A stretch of 32,000 nucleotides of DNA from Vibrio alginolyticus NBRC 15630 = ATCC 17749. GTDB lineage: Bacteria; Pseudomonadota; Gammaproteobacteria; Enterobacterales; Vibrionaceae. The DNA lies in the NCBI RefSeq assembly GCF_000354175.2, contig NC_022349.1:1440001-1472000 (forward strand), read 5' to 3'. The first letter of the stretch is position 1; every line of letters begins with the position of its first letter. The translations under genes were made by a program, and so were the position numbers. The notes under the pieces are model-generated. The model had not been told where the DNA came from, made no database searches, and saw only the letters and a list, made by a program, of their open reading frames with translations. Below, in pieces: positions 8,820 through 17,945 of this stretch.

Positions 8820-10286
8820 CTAGCGCTGTAAGTTGTACTTACGCATTTTTTCCACCAGCGTAGTACGTCGCATACCCAGCATGTCGGCCGCTCTTGCTAC
8901 AACGCCACCCTGCGCTTCTAATGCTTGGCTGATCATATTAACTTCTAAATCAGCCAGCAGCTCTTTCAAATTAACCCCTTCCGGTGGCAGCGCTTGCGGG
9001 GCGTTCATGCTGTGATCAAGGTCGTCTTGATCTTCAAAGCTAAAATCTTCAGAGAAGATGTCTTGGAACACATCACGCTCTTGTTCTTCAACCGAAATAA
9101 ACGGATTACTTTCTGGTTGGAACTCCGGGATATCACTGTAGCGATATTTGGTTGGTAAGTGGTTTACATCGACCAAGCTATTTGGGTACAGAATGATCAT
9201 TCGCTCAACAAGGTTCGCTAACTCACGCACGTTACCCGGCCAGTTGTGCTCCATCAATGAATTGATCGCACGAGGGGTAAAACAGATAGGTTGTCCGCCT
9301 TCCGCCTCTAAACGTGTCATCAGTTCTTGCAGCAGCAATGGTATATCTTGTTTGCGCTCTTTCAGCGCTGGCATCTCAATCGGAAACACGTTCAGACGAT
9401 AGAACAAGTCTTCTCGGAACGTGCCTTCTTCAATCATATTTTCTAGATTACGGTGTGTCGCCGCCACAACTCGAACATTTACCTTGATGGTACTATTGCC
9501 ACCTACACGTTCAAAGCAGCGTTCTTGCAATACACGAAGCAACTTTACTTGCATCGACATTGGCATATCGCCAATCTCATCAAGAAAGATAGTGCCACCG
9601 TCTGCGAGCTCAAATCGACCTTTACGGGCAGTTAACGCACCAGTAAACGCGCCTTTTTCGTGACCAAATAATTCGCTTTCTAGGAGCTCAGGCGGTATTG
9701 CACCACAGTTAATAGGTACAAATGCGCCATCGCGGTATGAAGAGTGATAGTGGATGTTACGCGCAACAACTTCTTTACCTGTACCGGACTCACCTAAGAT
9801 CAACACGTTTGCTTCCGTGTTTGATACTTGCTCGATCAGGTGTCGAACTTCTTGAATACCTCTACTTTGACCAACTAAGCTGCGAAAAAGCGTGTTTTTG
9901 CGTGCACTAGCAACAACATTCACTCCTTTTCGCCCCAGAAAATCTTTGCAGTGGCGTAACGCTTCACTAAGCTGTGGGTAATTAAGCGGCAGCTCTAGTT
10001 CACCAACAAAATTTGGAAGATCATCAACAGGCAAAGGAAAACGGCCCATGACTAGAAGAGGGATGTGGTAAGCGCTGTTTAAATGAGAGATAACCGTACT
10101 CGCCGCTTGACCTGCTGGAATATTACCAACAATACAGCACGACCATACGCTAGACCAATCAACATCGCTGAGCTGATCAGAACTGACCGCTTCGCAATTT
10201 TCTCCAACAAATTCCAATATATTGCTTAAATTTAAACGACTTGATGCGTCATCATCAATTACAAGCAGCTTTGCCAAACCATGCAT
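8820..10286 (-). CDS. flrA: Master flagellar regulator FlrA (FleQ/FlaK), a sigma54-dependent activator
   Basis: 488 aa with a FleQ-type N-terminal pseudo-receiver, an AAA+ core ([24 protein letters not shown]) and a C-terminal HTH. It sits in the canonical position between fliS and flrB. Confidence 0.93.
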   Translation of the reverse strand: MHGLAKLLVIDDDASSRLNLSNILEFVGENCEAVSSDQLSDVDWSSVWSCCIVGNIPAGQAASTVISHLNSAYHIPLLVMGRFPLPVDDLPNFVGELELPLNYPQLSEALRHCKDFLGRKGVNVVASARKNTLFRSLVGQSRGIQEVRHLIEQVSNTEANVLILGESGTGKEVVARNIHYHSSYRDGAFVPINCGAIPPELLESELFGHEKGAFTGALTARKGRFELADGGTIFLDEIGDMPMSMQVKLLRVLQERCFERVGGNSTIKVNVRVVAATHRNLENMIEEGTFREDLFYRLNVFPIEMPALKERKQDIPLLLQELMTRLEAEGGQPICFTPRAINSLMEHNWPGNVRELANLVERMIILYPNSLVDVNHLPTKYRYSDIPEFQPESNPFISVEEQERDVFQDIFSEDFSFEDQDDLDHSMNAPQALPPEGVNLKELLADLEVNMISQALEAQGGVVARAADMLGMRRTTLVEKMRKYNLQR

Positions 10287-10409
10287 AAGTAAGAATGATT
10301 GCCTTTATTTTAGGTGCGTTGCGGCCAAACCTTGATTTGCGCAATTGGGTGCTAAAGAAGGCAGAACCACCACACTCAATTTACGATAGACAAAATAGGA
10401 AAATCAGCA

Positions 10410-10440
10410 ACAAAAAAGCCATTAGGGCTACTAATGGCTT
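10410..10440 (-). terminator. Rho-independent terminator of the flaG-fliD-flaI-fliS transcript
   Basis: 10-bp stem AAGCCATTAG / CTAATGGCTT with a 5-nt loop. On the minus strand it is followed by TTTTTTG. It lies 134 nt after the fliS stop. Confidence 0.7.
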
Positions 10441-10573
10441 CTATTTTATTTGAATATAAAAATAAGGCAACCAAGCAATGGAGAGGTGTGAGCTTGATAG
10501 AAACTTTGCTACACAACTCGTTGCGCAATTGACAAATATATTCGTCTAGTATCTTAACGCATTGTTTTGACTA

Positions 10574-10984
10574 TTAAATACCAACTTCAGCAGCGGTAAG
10601 ATTATGAAACTCTGTTGGGATTTGGTCCCAAGCGGACTTGATCTCACGGATAATATCGATAACGTCGTCGATCAGCTGAGGCTCATTTTGATGGTTAGCA
10701 GCAGAAATTTGCGTGATCATAAACTCATACAGTGAATCTAAGTTTGAAGCAATATCACCACCGTCATCCATAGATAGACAGCTGCGTAGCGCGATAATGA
10801 TGTCTAACGCTTTACCTAAGCGCTCACCTTTTGCTGGAATATTGCCTGCTTGCATGGCTGCTTTACCTTGAATAAGGCGCTCAATCGCACCAGCCATAAG
10901 CATTTGAATGACTTTGTGCGGAGAAGCCGCGCTAAGCTGGCTGTCGACTGATACCTTTTTGTATGCTTGCAAAGAACCGCGCAT
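10574..10984 (-). CDS. fliS: Flagellin-specific export chaperone FliS (FlaJ)
   Basis: 136 aa with the typical FliS start MRGSLQAYKKV...ASPHKVIQMLM and a four-helix pattern. A ribosome-binding site (AGAGGA) is present. It follows flaI. Confidence 0.9.
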   Translation of the reverse strand: MRGSLQAYKKVSVDSQLSAASPHKVIQMLMAGAIERLIQGKAAMQAGNIPAKGERLGKALDIIIALRSCLSMDDGGDIASNLDSLYEFMITQISAANHQNEPQLIDDVIDIIREIKSAWDQIPTEFHNLTAAEVGI

Positions 10985-10996
10985 AGTAATCCTCTT

Positions 10997-11302
10997 TTAA
11001 ATAAATTTTTTGTACTGCTGAAGTGAACGCTGGCCATAACGAAACTTATGGAGCTCTTTTCCGACCTTTGACGTTTCCGATTGCATCAGCTCGACAATTC
11101 TTTTGGTACGAGTTAGCAATGCTTGCCACTCTGCATCCTGCTTAACCAAAGGATTTTGATGAATAATTGGTAACAGGTTTTGCAATAACCGTTCCCTGAT
11201 ATCGACCAAGCGAAGAATTTCTTCAGCATTAAAATCAACTTTTTCTAATTCTTGCGTAATTAGTTGATCTATATCACTAATTTCCATGAGTTCTTTTTGC
11301 AT
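10997..11302 (-). CDS. flaI: Small helical flagellar protein FlaI, a possible FliT-like chaperone
   Basis: 101 aa and predicted all-helical. It lies between fliD and fliS exactly as Vibrio flaI does. The name is assigned by position and size only. Confidence 0.6.
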   Translation of the reverse strand: MQKELMEISDIDQLITQELEKVDFNAEEILRLVDIRERLLQNLLPIIHQNPLVKQDAEWQALLTRTKRIVELMQSETSKVGKELHKFRYGQRSLQQYKKFI

Positions 11303-11305
11303 TTA

Positions 11306-13303
11306 TTAACCCAACGCACTCATCAAAGCGCCTAACTGGCCTTGCATTTTACCGGTCGCATCTTGCATCGCGGTAAACTTCGCATGAGTACGCTTCTCTA
11401 GGCTTTCCATGCGGCGATCTAATGCCGCTTGATCGTCACTCAAACGGTAGTTTTGTTCTGTGAGACTTTTTTCTCGAGTACGAATACTGCCTGTAATACC
11501 TGTGATACCGTGAATCGCATCTTCTACTCGTTTAGCAAAACCTGTGTTGCCACCGAAGAACTTTTCTAACTCGTTGAAGTTATTGTTCAACTGGCGGTCT
11601 AGCATGTCATAGTTGATTTCTAGGGTGCCTTGACGTGTGGTCGTAATGCCAAATTCTGTTAAGGACTTTAGGTTTTCAGGTGCTTTATCGATTCGAGTAG
11701 AAAAGACCGATTTTAATCGTGAATCTGCACTACGTACGGTGCTGTCACCTGACAACGGCCCTTTTTGACCCGTTACCGGATCCACACTCGCCAACGCTTG
11801 GGAGGTTTGATAAAACGAGTTATACGCTGCCACAAAGTTTTCGATATCGTTGCGTACACTTTGACGGTCGTACTCGACACCAATTTCAGCAGGCGGTTTA
11901 TTCGGTTCTGATTTGCCTTTTAGTGTTAAATCAACACCTTCGATCGCACCTTCAATCACATTGTTGTGACTAGATAGCTTTGCCACTCCATCAAGCAGAA
12001 CTTCTGAATCTTGCCCTGCTTGTACTTCTGTCATCCCAAGGTATTGTTCAAAAGCAGATTGCGCCTTTACGATTTTCGCTTCTGCTTCATCAATTTTTTC
12101 CAGACGCTCACGTTCTTGAGGATCAAGTTTAGCGCGATGAATTTGCTTAGCTTGCGCTTCGGAAAGTTCACCACGTGCCACTTTTTCGTCTAACGCTTGC
12201 TTTTCACTCGCAATTTTTTGCTCGATTTCCGCTTTTTCTTGCTCAAGAAGCTGCTTAGCCTCTTTCGTCGTAACGTAAGAATCGGTTAGGGTGCCCGATG
12301 CGGCATTATTCCAGCCTGGTACATCTGGTGCCTTCTCTATTGCCTTTTCGTCGAGTTCAAGCTCTGGTTCTTCATAAGAGTCCAACAAAGTACCTGACGC
12401 AGTTTCTGTCCACCCTGGAATTCTGTCTTCAGGGCGTAAGCTCGCGCGTCGGTTGGCTTCATCAATGGCTTCTTGACCAGCTTTGGCTGCTTCTGCACCC
12501 GCCGCAGAGATTGGCGCTTGCGATGCATCATCTTGTACATCGTCTGCCGCTTTTTGCTCTTCTGGAGGTAGAGGATTGCCGTTTGCATCCAGCTCTTCTG
12601 CTGGTTGTTCCGGAAATTTAAGAGGACCTAAGACATCTTCCGCCGCTGAACGAGCTTCTTCAAGCGCGTTGACGCGGTCTTCAAGTGTTTGGTATTCGAA
12701 ATATTTAAGAGGGTTGCCTTTTTCTGCCTCCACACTGACTCTGATTTGATGATCCTTACCAGAGAGGTTAGAAGCAAGGATAAGGCGTGGACCTTCGACG
12801 TCGTTAATAAGAGATGCACGAACGCCAGGGTTATCTTTAGCGCCATTGATGCCACGTACGACATCGATGAGCTTAGATCGGGAACGAACATCGATATTAA
12901 AACGCTCATCACCAAGCGAAATCTGCAGCTTACCAGGGCCAAATTTTGCGTCTTCTGGCAATACGTCAGAAGCGACTTTATGGCTCTGAGCAAGCTGCAA
13001 CACATCGATAGCATATTTGCCAGCGATAGCATCTGTGGTTGCCGTGGCAGATACGATATTGTCATTGGTCGTTTCGACAGTGCGAACGGCAAATGCTTTC
13101 TCCTGACGAAAGTTCGCCATGAGATTTTTCATCGTATCCAATGATTCTCTGAGTCGCCCGTAAGCACTAATACTGGCATTAATTGTCGTGCGTTCGTTGT
13201 CGATGCGTTGCTGCTTTGGTACGCGTTCGGCATCCACAATTTTGCTGACCATGGAATTAATATCCATGCCGCCAGACATCCCCAAAGGGCCTAAACTCAT
13301 CAA
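11306..13303 (-). CDS. fliD: Flagellar filament cap protein FliD (FlaH)
   Basis: 665 aa. The N-terminus (GMDINSMVSKIVDAERVP...) and C-terminus (coiled-coil ...KFTAMQDATGKMQGQL) are typical of FliD, and there is a long acidic/coiled central insert. Confidence 0.92.
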   Translation of the reverse strand: MMSLGPLGMSGGMDINSMVSKIVDAERVPKQQRIDNERTTINASISAYGRLRESLDTMKNLMANFRQEKAFAVRTVETTNDNIVSATATTDAIAGKYAIDVLQLAQSHKVASDVLPEDAKFGPGKLQISLGDERFNIDVRSRSKLIDVVRGINGAKDNPGVRASLINDVEGPRLILASNLSGKDHQIRVSVEAEKGNPLKYFEYQTLEDRVNALEEARSAAEDVLGPLKFPEQPAEELDANGNPLPPEEQKAADDVQDDASQAPISAAGAEAAKAGQEAIDEANRRASLRPEDRIPGWTETASGTLLDSYEEPELELDEKAIEKAPDVPGWNNAASGTLTDSYVTTKEAKQLLEQEKAEIEQKIASEKQALDEKVARGELSEAQAKQIHRAKLDPQERERLEKIDEAEAKIVKAQSAFEQYLGMTEVQAGQDSEVLLDGVAKLSSHNNVIEGAIEGVDLTLKGKSEPNKPPAEIGVEYDRQSVRNDIENFVAAYNSFYQTSQALASVDPVTGQKGPLSGDSTVRSADSRLKSVFSTRIDKAPENLKSLTEFGITTTRQGTLEINYDMLDRQLNNNFNELEKFFGGNTGFAKRVEDAIHGITGITGSIRTREKSLTEQNYRLSDDQAALDRRMESLEKRTHAKFTAMQDATGKMQGQLGALMSALG

Positions 13304-13321
13304 ATCACCTCTAAAAACGAC

Positions 13322-13756
13322 TTACACTTTTTCAGTCAACAACCCGCTGTTGGCTGTGTGCTCAGCTAGGCGACGCAATACCACTAGCATTTCTTCATCA
13401 GGAATTTGACGAATCACGTCACCGGTATTGGCTTCATAAATCGTCACCACATCTCGTCCGGATTCTTCATCCACTCGAAATGCGACTCCTTTGTTTATGG
13501 ACGTTACAAATTCATTCATTTGTGCGACCAATTTTTCACGTTCTTCTTTGTTCAGTTCTTGACGGCTTTCAGCCATCTCGATCGCAGCTTGAACAGAGAA
13601 ATCGTATTCGGTGTTTTTCGCTTTTTGCGGCGAAATCTCACCATTTGAATTTGCTGGGCTAGACGTGCCTATATCATTGCCATTTTTATTTGCAAACTTT
13701 GTGCCATTTGGCGTGCCGTAAGGCTGGATGTTCGATGCGTAGGAGGATATATCCAT
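13322..13756 (-). CDS. flaG: Flagellar protein FlaG
   Basis: 144 aa. The C-terminal FlaG-family region (LNKGVAFRVDEESGRDVVTIYEANTGDVIRQIPDEEML) is present. A ribosome-binding site (GGGAG) is present. It lies between the last flagellin and fliD. Confidence 0.88.
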   Translation of the reverse strand: MDISSYASNIQPYGTPNGTKFANKNGNDIGTSSPANSNGEISPQKAKNTEYDFSVQAAIEMAESRQELNKEEREKLVAQMNEFVTSINKGVAFRVDEESGRDVVTIYEANTGDVIRQIPDEEMLVVLRRLAEHTANSGLLTEKV

Positions 13757-13809
13757 TACAATCTCCCTTCCACCTTATGGGCTAACGATAGAATCTATCG
13801 CTTTGGTGC

Positions 13810-13840
13810 CCCAGCACTAAGGTGTTGACCTCAGGCTGGG
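13810..13840 (-). other. Imperfect hairpin just after the flagellin stop, with no U-tract
   Basis: In the minus-strand RNA, CCCAGC-CUGAGGU-CAAC-ACCUUAG-U-GCUGGG forms 13 pairs including one G-U and one bulge. The following sequence is GCACCAAAGC, so this is not a canonical intrinsic terminator. Confidence 0.35.
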
Positions 13841-13848
13841 TTTACCAC

Positions 13849-14979
13849 TTAGCCCAACAAGCTTAGCGCTGCAGATGGAGACTGCTTCGCTTGAGCCAGG
13901 ATTGAAGTACTTGCTTGCTGAAGAATTTGCGACTTAGTCATCGCAGTGGTTTCCTTCGCGTAATCAGTATCTTTAATACGGCTTTTAGACGCGTTAACGT
14001 TCTCGTTAATGTTGTCTAGGTTGCTGATTGCGTGGTTGAAGCGGTTTTGGAAAGCACCGAGTGAAGCTCGTTGGCTGTCTACGGACTTAAGAGCACCGTC
14101 GATAACCGCTACTGCTTCTTGAGAGCCAGCTACTGTGGTTACGTCGATGTCTTTCACTGTTACGTCTTTCGGGCCACCAAAGCCGATCTCGTCTGCTAGG
14201 TTGCCAGAAAACTCAACATCACCTTCAACTTTTTGAGAAGAAGCAAATACTTGTAGTTTGCCATCTTCGCCAACAGAGGCTTTTACATCATCGTTTTGAC
14301 CGTTGATGTATGTCGCTAGCTGCTCAATATCATCGCCTTGCTTAGCGCTGATTGATAGCTCTTTCTCTTCACCCTGCTTGTTGGTGTAGCTCATTTTGAA
14401 CTCTGTTTTCTCACCAACAGTCCAAGATGCGTCTTTACCCTCTTCTGCTGCGTAGCTCTTACCACCCATTGCTGAAGTGTCTGAGCGTAGGTTACCCATA
14501 GAAAGCATCACTGCTTCACCTGAGTCCGCACCGATTTGGAAAGATTGAGTACCGTAAGTACCGTTTAGAAGCTTGTTACCACCGAAAGAGGTAGTTTCAG
14601 CAATACGGTTTAGCTCGTCGTTTAGCGCTGTTACTTCTTCTTGGATCGCTACACGTTCTGCTTTTGAGTTAGAGCCGTTCGCCGATTGAAGCGAAAGATC
14701 ACGCATACGTTGTAGGATGTTGGTAGATTCATTCATTGCACCTTCAGCAACCTGTGCAATAGAAATACCGTCGTTTGCGTTTTTCACTGCCATGTCTAGG
14801 CCACGGCTTTGTGCATTCAAACGGTTTGAAATCTGTAGACCTGCAGCATCGTCTTTCGCGCTATTGATTTTATAACCCGAAGACAAACGCTCCATTGATT
14901 TTTGTTGACCGTCAGCTGCCTGGTTTAGGTAACGCTGTGCAGTCATCGCAGAAACGTTAGTATTAACGTTAATCGCCAT
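13849..14979 (-). CDS. flaA: Polar flagellin, closest to flaG (flaA in V. parahaemolyticus/alginolyticus naming)
   Basis: 376 aa starting [18 protein letters not shown] and ending ...[17 protein letters not shown]. The D0/D1 termini are conserved and the centre is variable. The symbol is given by position only. Confidence 0.9.
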   Translation of the reverse strand: MAINVNTNVSAMTAQRYLNQAADGQQKSMERLSSGYKINSAKDDAAGLQISNRLNAQSRGLDMAVKNANDGISIAQVAEGAMNESTNILQRMRDLSLQSANGSNSKAERVAIQEEVTALNDELNRIAETTSFGGNKLLNGTYGTQSFQIGADSGEAVMLSMGNLRSDTSAMGGKSYAAEEGKDASWTVGEKTEFKMSYTNKQGEEKELSISAKQGDDIEQLATYINGQNDDVKASVGEDGKLQVFASSQKVEGDVEFSGNLADEIGFGGPKDVTVKDIDVTTVAGSQEAVAVIDGALKSVDSQRASLGAFQNRFNHAISNLDNINENVNASKSRIKDTDYAKETTAMTKSQILQQASTSILAQAKQSPSAALSLLG

Positions 14980-15060
14980 AATTGATCTCCTTAAGGCTTT
15001 AGTGAATGTACCGTCGTGTCTCTCACCTCACTTAGGTACATCTCATTTCTCTCAGTCCCT

Positions 15061-15088
15061 TTAACGGCGACCGATGAATATCCTTTAG
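15061..15088 (-). promoter_or_regulatory. Sigma28 (FliA) promoter of the 13849-14979 flagellin
   Basis: The minus strand reads CTAAAG...(TAAA-N15)...GCCGTTAA, against the consensus TAAA-N15-GCCGATAA. It lies about 80 nt upstream of the ATG, with an A/T-rich tract upstream. Confidence 0.72.
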
Positions 15089-15184
15089 AAGAAATTTTCA
15101 ATTTTTTGCGATTATTTTCTTTGGCTTACTGAAATGTGATGAAGCTCTAATGTCGTGATTCGCAGAAATCCTGGGGGCCCAAAA

Positions 15185-15215
15185 GACAGAAAAAAACCCA
15201 GCCGAAGCTGGGTTT
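15185..15215 (-). terminator. Rho-independent terminator of the middle flagellin gene
   Basis: Stem AAACCCAGC / GCTGGGTTT with a CGAA loop. On the minus strand it is followed by TTTTTTTCTGTCTTTT. Confidence 0.82.
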
Positions 15216-15267
15216 ACTCGCTCATCTCTCACCACGAGCCAATGAGGTTCTCGTCTTAGGTTTGAAA

Positions 15268-16401
15268 TTAACCTAGCAGACTTAGCGCTGAGTTTGGCGC
15301 TTGTTTCGCTTGCGCAAGGATTGAGCTTGACGCTTGCGATAAAATTTGTGACTTGGTCATTGCCGTCGTTTCTTTCGCGAAATCTGTATCTTTGATACGG
15401 CTCTTCGACGCATTCACGTTCTCGTTAATGTTGTCCAAGTTGCTGATTGCGTGGTTGAAACGGTTCTGGAATGCACCTAGCTCTGCGCGGTGGCTGTCTA
15501 CGTATTTCAGTGCTGCATCGATGATAGCAACAGATTCTTGTGCGCCACCAACTGAGGTTACGTCGATAGTATCTACCGTTACTTTTTTACCTTCGCCCAA
15601 ACCTAGCTCACCAGATAGGCCGCCTGAAAACTCGACTTCGCCTTCGACTTTGTTGTTGCCAGCAAAGATTTGCAGTTTACCGTCTTGGTCTACAGAGGCT
15701 TTCACTAGGTCAGTTTGACCGTTAATGTAAGTCGCAAGCTCTTCGATATCGTCACCCGCTTTTGCGCTGATGTTGATTTCTTGCTCTTGGCCGTAGCTGT
15801 CCGTTAGGTTGATTTTTAGGTCGTTCTTACCTTCAGCAACGTTCCAGTCTTTACCTTTACCACTTTCAGCTTGGTAGCTCACACCGCCCATCATTTTGTT
15901 GTCTGAACGCATGTCTTTTAGCTCAAGCATCACTGCTTCGCCGTTATCTGCACCGATTTGGAACGATTTCGCACCGTGTGTGCCGTTTAGTAGCTTGTTA
16001 CCACCGAAAGAAGTGGTTTCTGCGATACGGTTTAGTTCGTCGTTTAGCGCGGTCACTTCTTCTTGAATCGCAACGCGCTCTGCTTTCGAGTTTGAACCGT
16101 TTGCTGATTGCAGAGACAAGTCACGCATACGTTGAAGAATGTTAGTGGTCTCATTCATTGCACCTTCAGCAGTTTGTGCAATCGAGATACCGTCGTTCGC
16201 GTTGCGAACCGCTACATCCAAACCACGGCTTTGTACGTTCAAACGGTTCGAGATTTGTAGACCCGCAGCGTCATCTTTTGCGCTGTTGATTTTAAAACCC
16301 GAAGACAAACGCTCCATAGAAGTTTGTTGAGCTGAGTTTGCGTTGTTTAGGTAACGCTGAGCGGTCATCGCTGATACGTTAGTGTTTACATTCACTGCCA
16401 T
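15268..16401 (-). CDS. flaB: Polar flagellin, middle copy (flaB in V. parahaemolyticus naming)
   Basis: The conserved start [18 protein letters not shown] is at the ATG at 16399-16401, preceded by GGAGA. The 19-codon extension in the ORF track is unsupported. 377 aa. Confidence 0.9.
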
Positions 16402-16482
16402 GGTGATTTCTCCAATTGATTTTCCGGTGTAGCGGTTTCCGACGTCTCGGAAAACCAAGTAGTTCTCTCAAAGTTACTTTTA

Positions 16483-16510
16483 TTAACGGCGCATACCCTG
16501 TTTTCTTTAG
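16483..16510 (-). promoter_or_regulatory. Sigma28 promoter of the middle flagellin
   Basis: The minus strand reads CTAAA-gaaaacagggtatgc-GCCGTTAA, with an exact 15-nt spacer. It lies about 80 nt upstream of the ATG. The upstream A/T tract is similar to the one at 15089-15110. Confidence 0.72.
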
Positions 16511-16663
16511 AGAAAATTTTAGATTTTTTTGAAAATAATTCGTTTGGAGGGGTAATCGTGACAAAGCGGATAAAAAAGCAAAAAACTTTCATTTTTCGCT
16601 AAAGCTTCTTTTCGAATTGTCGATACAGGCAGGTTTTGCGTTAAATTCGGGCAAGGCCGTTCA

Positions 16664-17803
16664 TCAGCCAAGCAAGGTCAATGCTAGGTTTGGCGCTTGT
16701 TTTGCTTGCGCCAGAATAGAAGTACTGACCTGTTGTAAAATCTGTTGCTTCACCATTTGCGTAGTTTCTTTGGCATAGTCAGTGTCTTGGATACGACTGT
16801 TGGAAGCGGCTAAGTTTTCGTGGATGTTATCGAGATTATTGATCGCGTGATTAAAGCGGTTTTGATACGCGCCTAACTCCGCACGACTGCCATCTACCGT
16901 TTTCAAAGCATCATCTAAAATGCCGACCGCCATCTGAGCGCCACCGACCGTGCTAATATCAATACTATCTACCGTTCTATTTACGGTGACATACTTGCCA
17001 AGTTCTAACTCATCAGCCAGGCCACCACTGAAGGTTGGTCCAGGGTATTTTATGGCGTCCTTGTGGGACATGAGTAACTGCAGTTGCCCCTCTTCATTAA
17101 CAGACGCTTTCACTTTATCGGTCTGCCCGTTAATGTAAGTCGCGAGTTCTTCTATATCGTCGCCAGCTTTAGCTTCAATACGGATCTCCTGCTCTTCAAA
17201 ATTGTTATCACGGTAGCTGATAACAATTTCATTATTTCCGTTTTGAACCGTCCAATCTGAACTGACTCTTTGATATGAGCTCATTGAAAAGCTACCTAAA
17301 GATTCCGGCTGCATGGTCCGCAGGCCAATTTGTACCGCTTCACCAGCCGTTGCACCGATTTGAAAAGACGATGTACCGAATGTGCCGTTCAGCAATTTAC
17401 GTCCACCAAAAGATGTGGTTTCTGCAATACGACTTAACTCATCATTTAAAGCAGAGACTTCTTCTTGCAGTGCAGTGCGCTCCGCTTTGCTGTTTGAACC
17501 ATTGGCTGACTGTAGCGACAAATCACGCATACGTTGCATGATATTGGTCACCTCATTCATCGCGCCTTCCGCAGTTTGCATGATGGAAATGCCGTCATTC
17601 GCGTTGCGAACCGCAACATCTAAACCACGCATTTGTGATTGCAAGCGGTTGGAAATTTGCAGACCCGCAGCGTCATCCTTTGCGCTATTAATACGCTTCC
17701 CTGAAGACAAACGCTCCATGGATTGATTCAGCATATCCGTTGCACTGGTCAAGTGACGCTGTGCGACAAGTGCTGCAACATTGGTATTAACGGTGATCGC
17801 CAC
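16664..17803 (-). CDS. flaF: Polar flagellin, first and most divergent copy (flaF in V. parahaemolyticus naming)
   Basis: 379 aa with a GTG start ([18 protein letters not shown]...). The flagellin N- and C-termini are conserved (...[17 protein letters not shown]). Confidence 0.88.
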   Translation of the reverse strand: MAITVNTNVAALVAQRHLTSATDMLNQSMERLSSGKRINSAKDDAAGLQISNRLQSQMRGLDVAVRNANDGISIMQTAEGAMNEVTNIMQRMRDLSLQSANGSNSKAERTALQEEVSALNDELSRIAETTSFGGRKLLNGTFGTSSFQIGATAGEAVQIGLRTMQPESLGSFSMSSYQRVSSDWTVQNGNNEIVISYRDNNFEEQEIRIEAKAGDDIEELATYINGQTDKVKASVNEEGQLQLLMSHKDAIKYPGPTFSGGLADELELGKYVTVNRTVDSIDISTVGGAQMAVGILDDALKTVDGSRAELGAYQNRFNHAINNLDNIHENLAASNSRIQDTDYAKETTQMVKQQILQQVSTSILAQAKQAPNLALTLLG

Positions 17804-17837
17804 GAATAAAGAGTCCTAAAATTAAGGCTTTGAGTAC

Positions 17838-17865
17838 TTATCGACCAAGTAACAGAAAAGTTTAG
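17838..17865 (-). promoter_or_regulatory. Sigma28 promoter of the first flagellin
   Basis: The minus strand reads CTAAA-cttttctgttacttg-GTCGATAA, which is TAAA-N15 plus a 7/8 match at -10. It lies 35 nt upstream of the GTG start. Confidence 0.62.
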
Positions 17866-17894
17866 TGTTTTTTGAAAAGAGATTGGAATAGAAA

Positions 17895-17925
17895 TCGAAA
17901 ACAAAAGCCCTCCATTGGAGGGCTT
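17895..17925 (-). terminator. Rho-independent terminator after the Dyp peroxidase gene
   Basis: Stem AAGCCCTCC / GGAGGGCTT with a 3-nt loop. On the minus strand it is followed by TTTTGTTTTCG. Confidence 0.78.
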
Positions 17926-17945
17926 AAGAAATAAAGTCTGACAAC

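Noticed and set aside
6066-10000. Many plus-strand ORFs of 60-135 aa inside flrC, flrB and flrA (for example 7297-7704, 7981-8229, 9148-9402, 9421-9663)
   Set aside because: They are antisense shadows of the three regulator genes, Ser/Arg/Thr-rich, with no starts supported by ribosome-binding sites.
11719-13144. Overlapping ORFs inside fliD, including 154-aa (12628-13092, minus strand) and 151-aa (12689-13144, plus strand) frames
   Set aside because: fliD is full length and matches FliD at both termini. The alternative frames have implausible composition and arise from the low stop-codon density of the GAA/AAA/GCT-rich insert.
13757-13848. Possible promoter for flaG (TGGGGCACCAAAGCG as sigma54; TTAG-N15-GCGATAGA as sigma28)
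   Set aside because: The sigma54 alignment fails at the -12 TTGC element. The sigma28 alignment matches only 2/4 at -35 and 6/8 at -10. Both are too weak to call.
16379-16592. Two minus-strand ORFs of 61-66 aa and the 19-codon extension upstream of the middle flagellin
   Set aside because: They lie in the flagellin leader and promoter region. The conserved flagellin start MAVNVNTNV has its own ribosome-binding site, and the ORF products are low-complexity.
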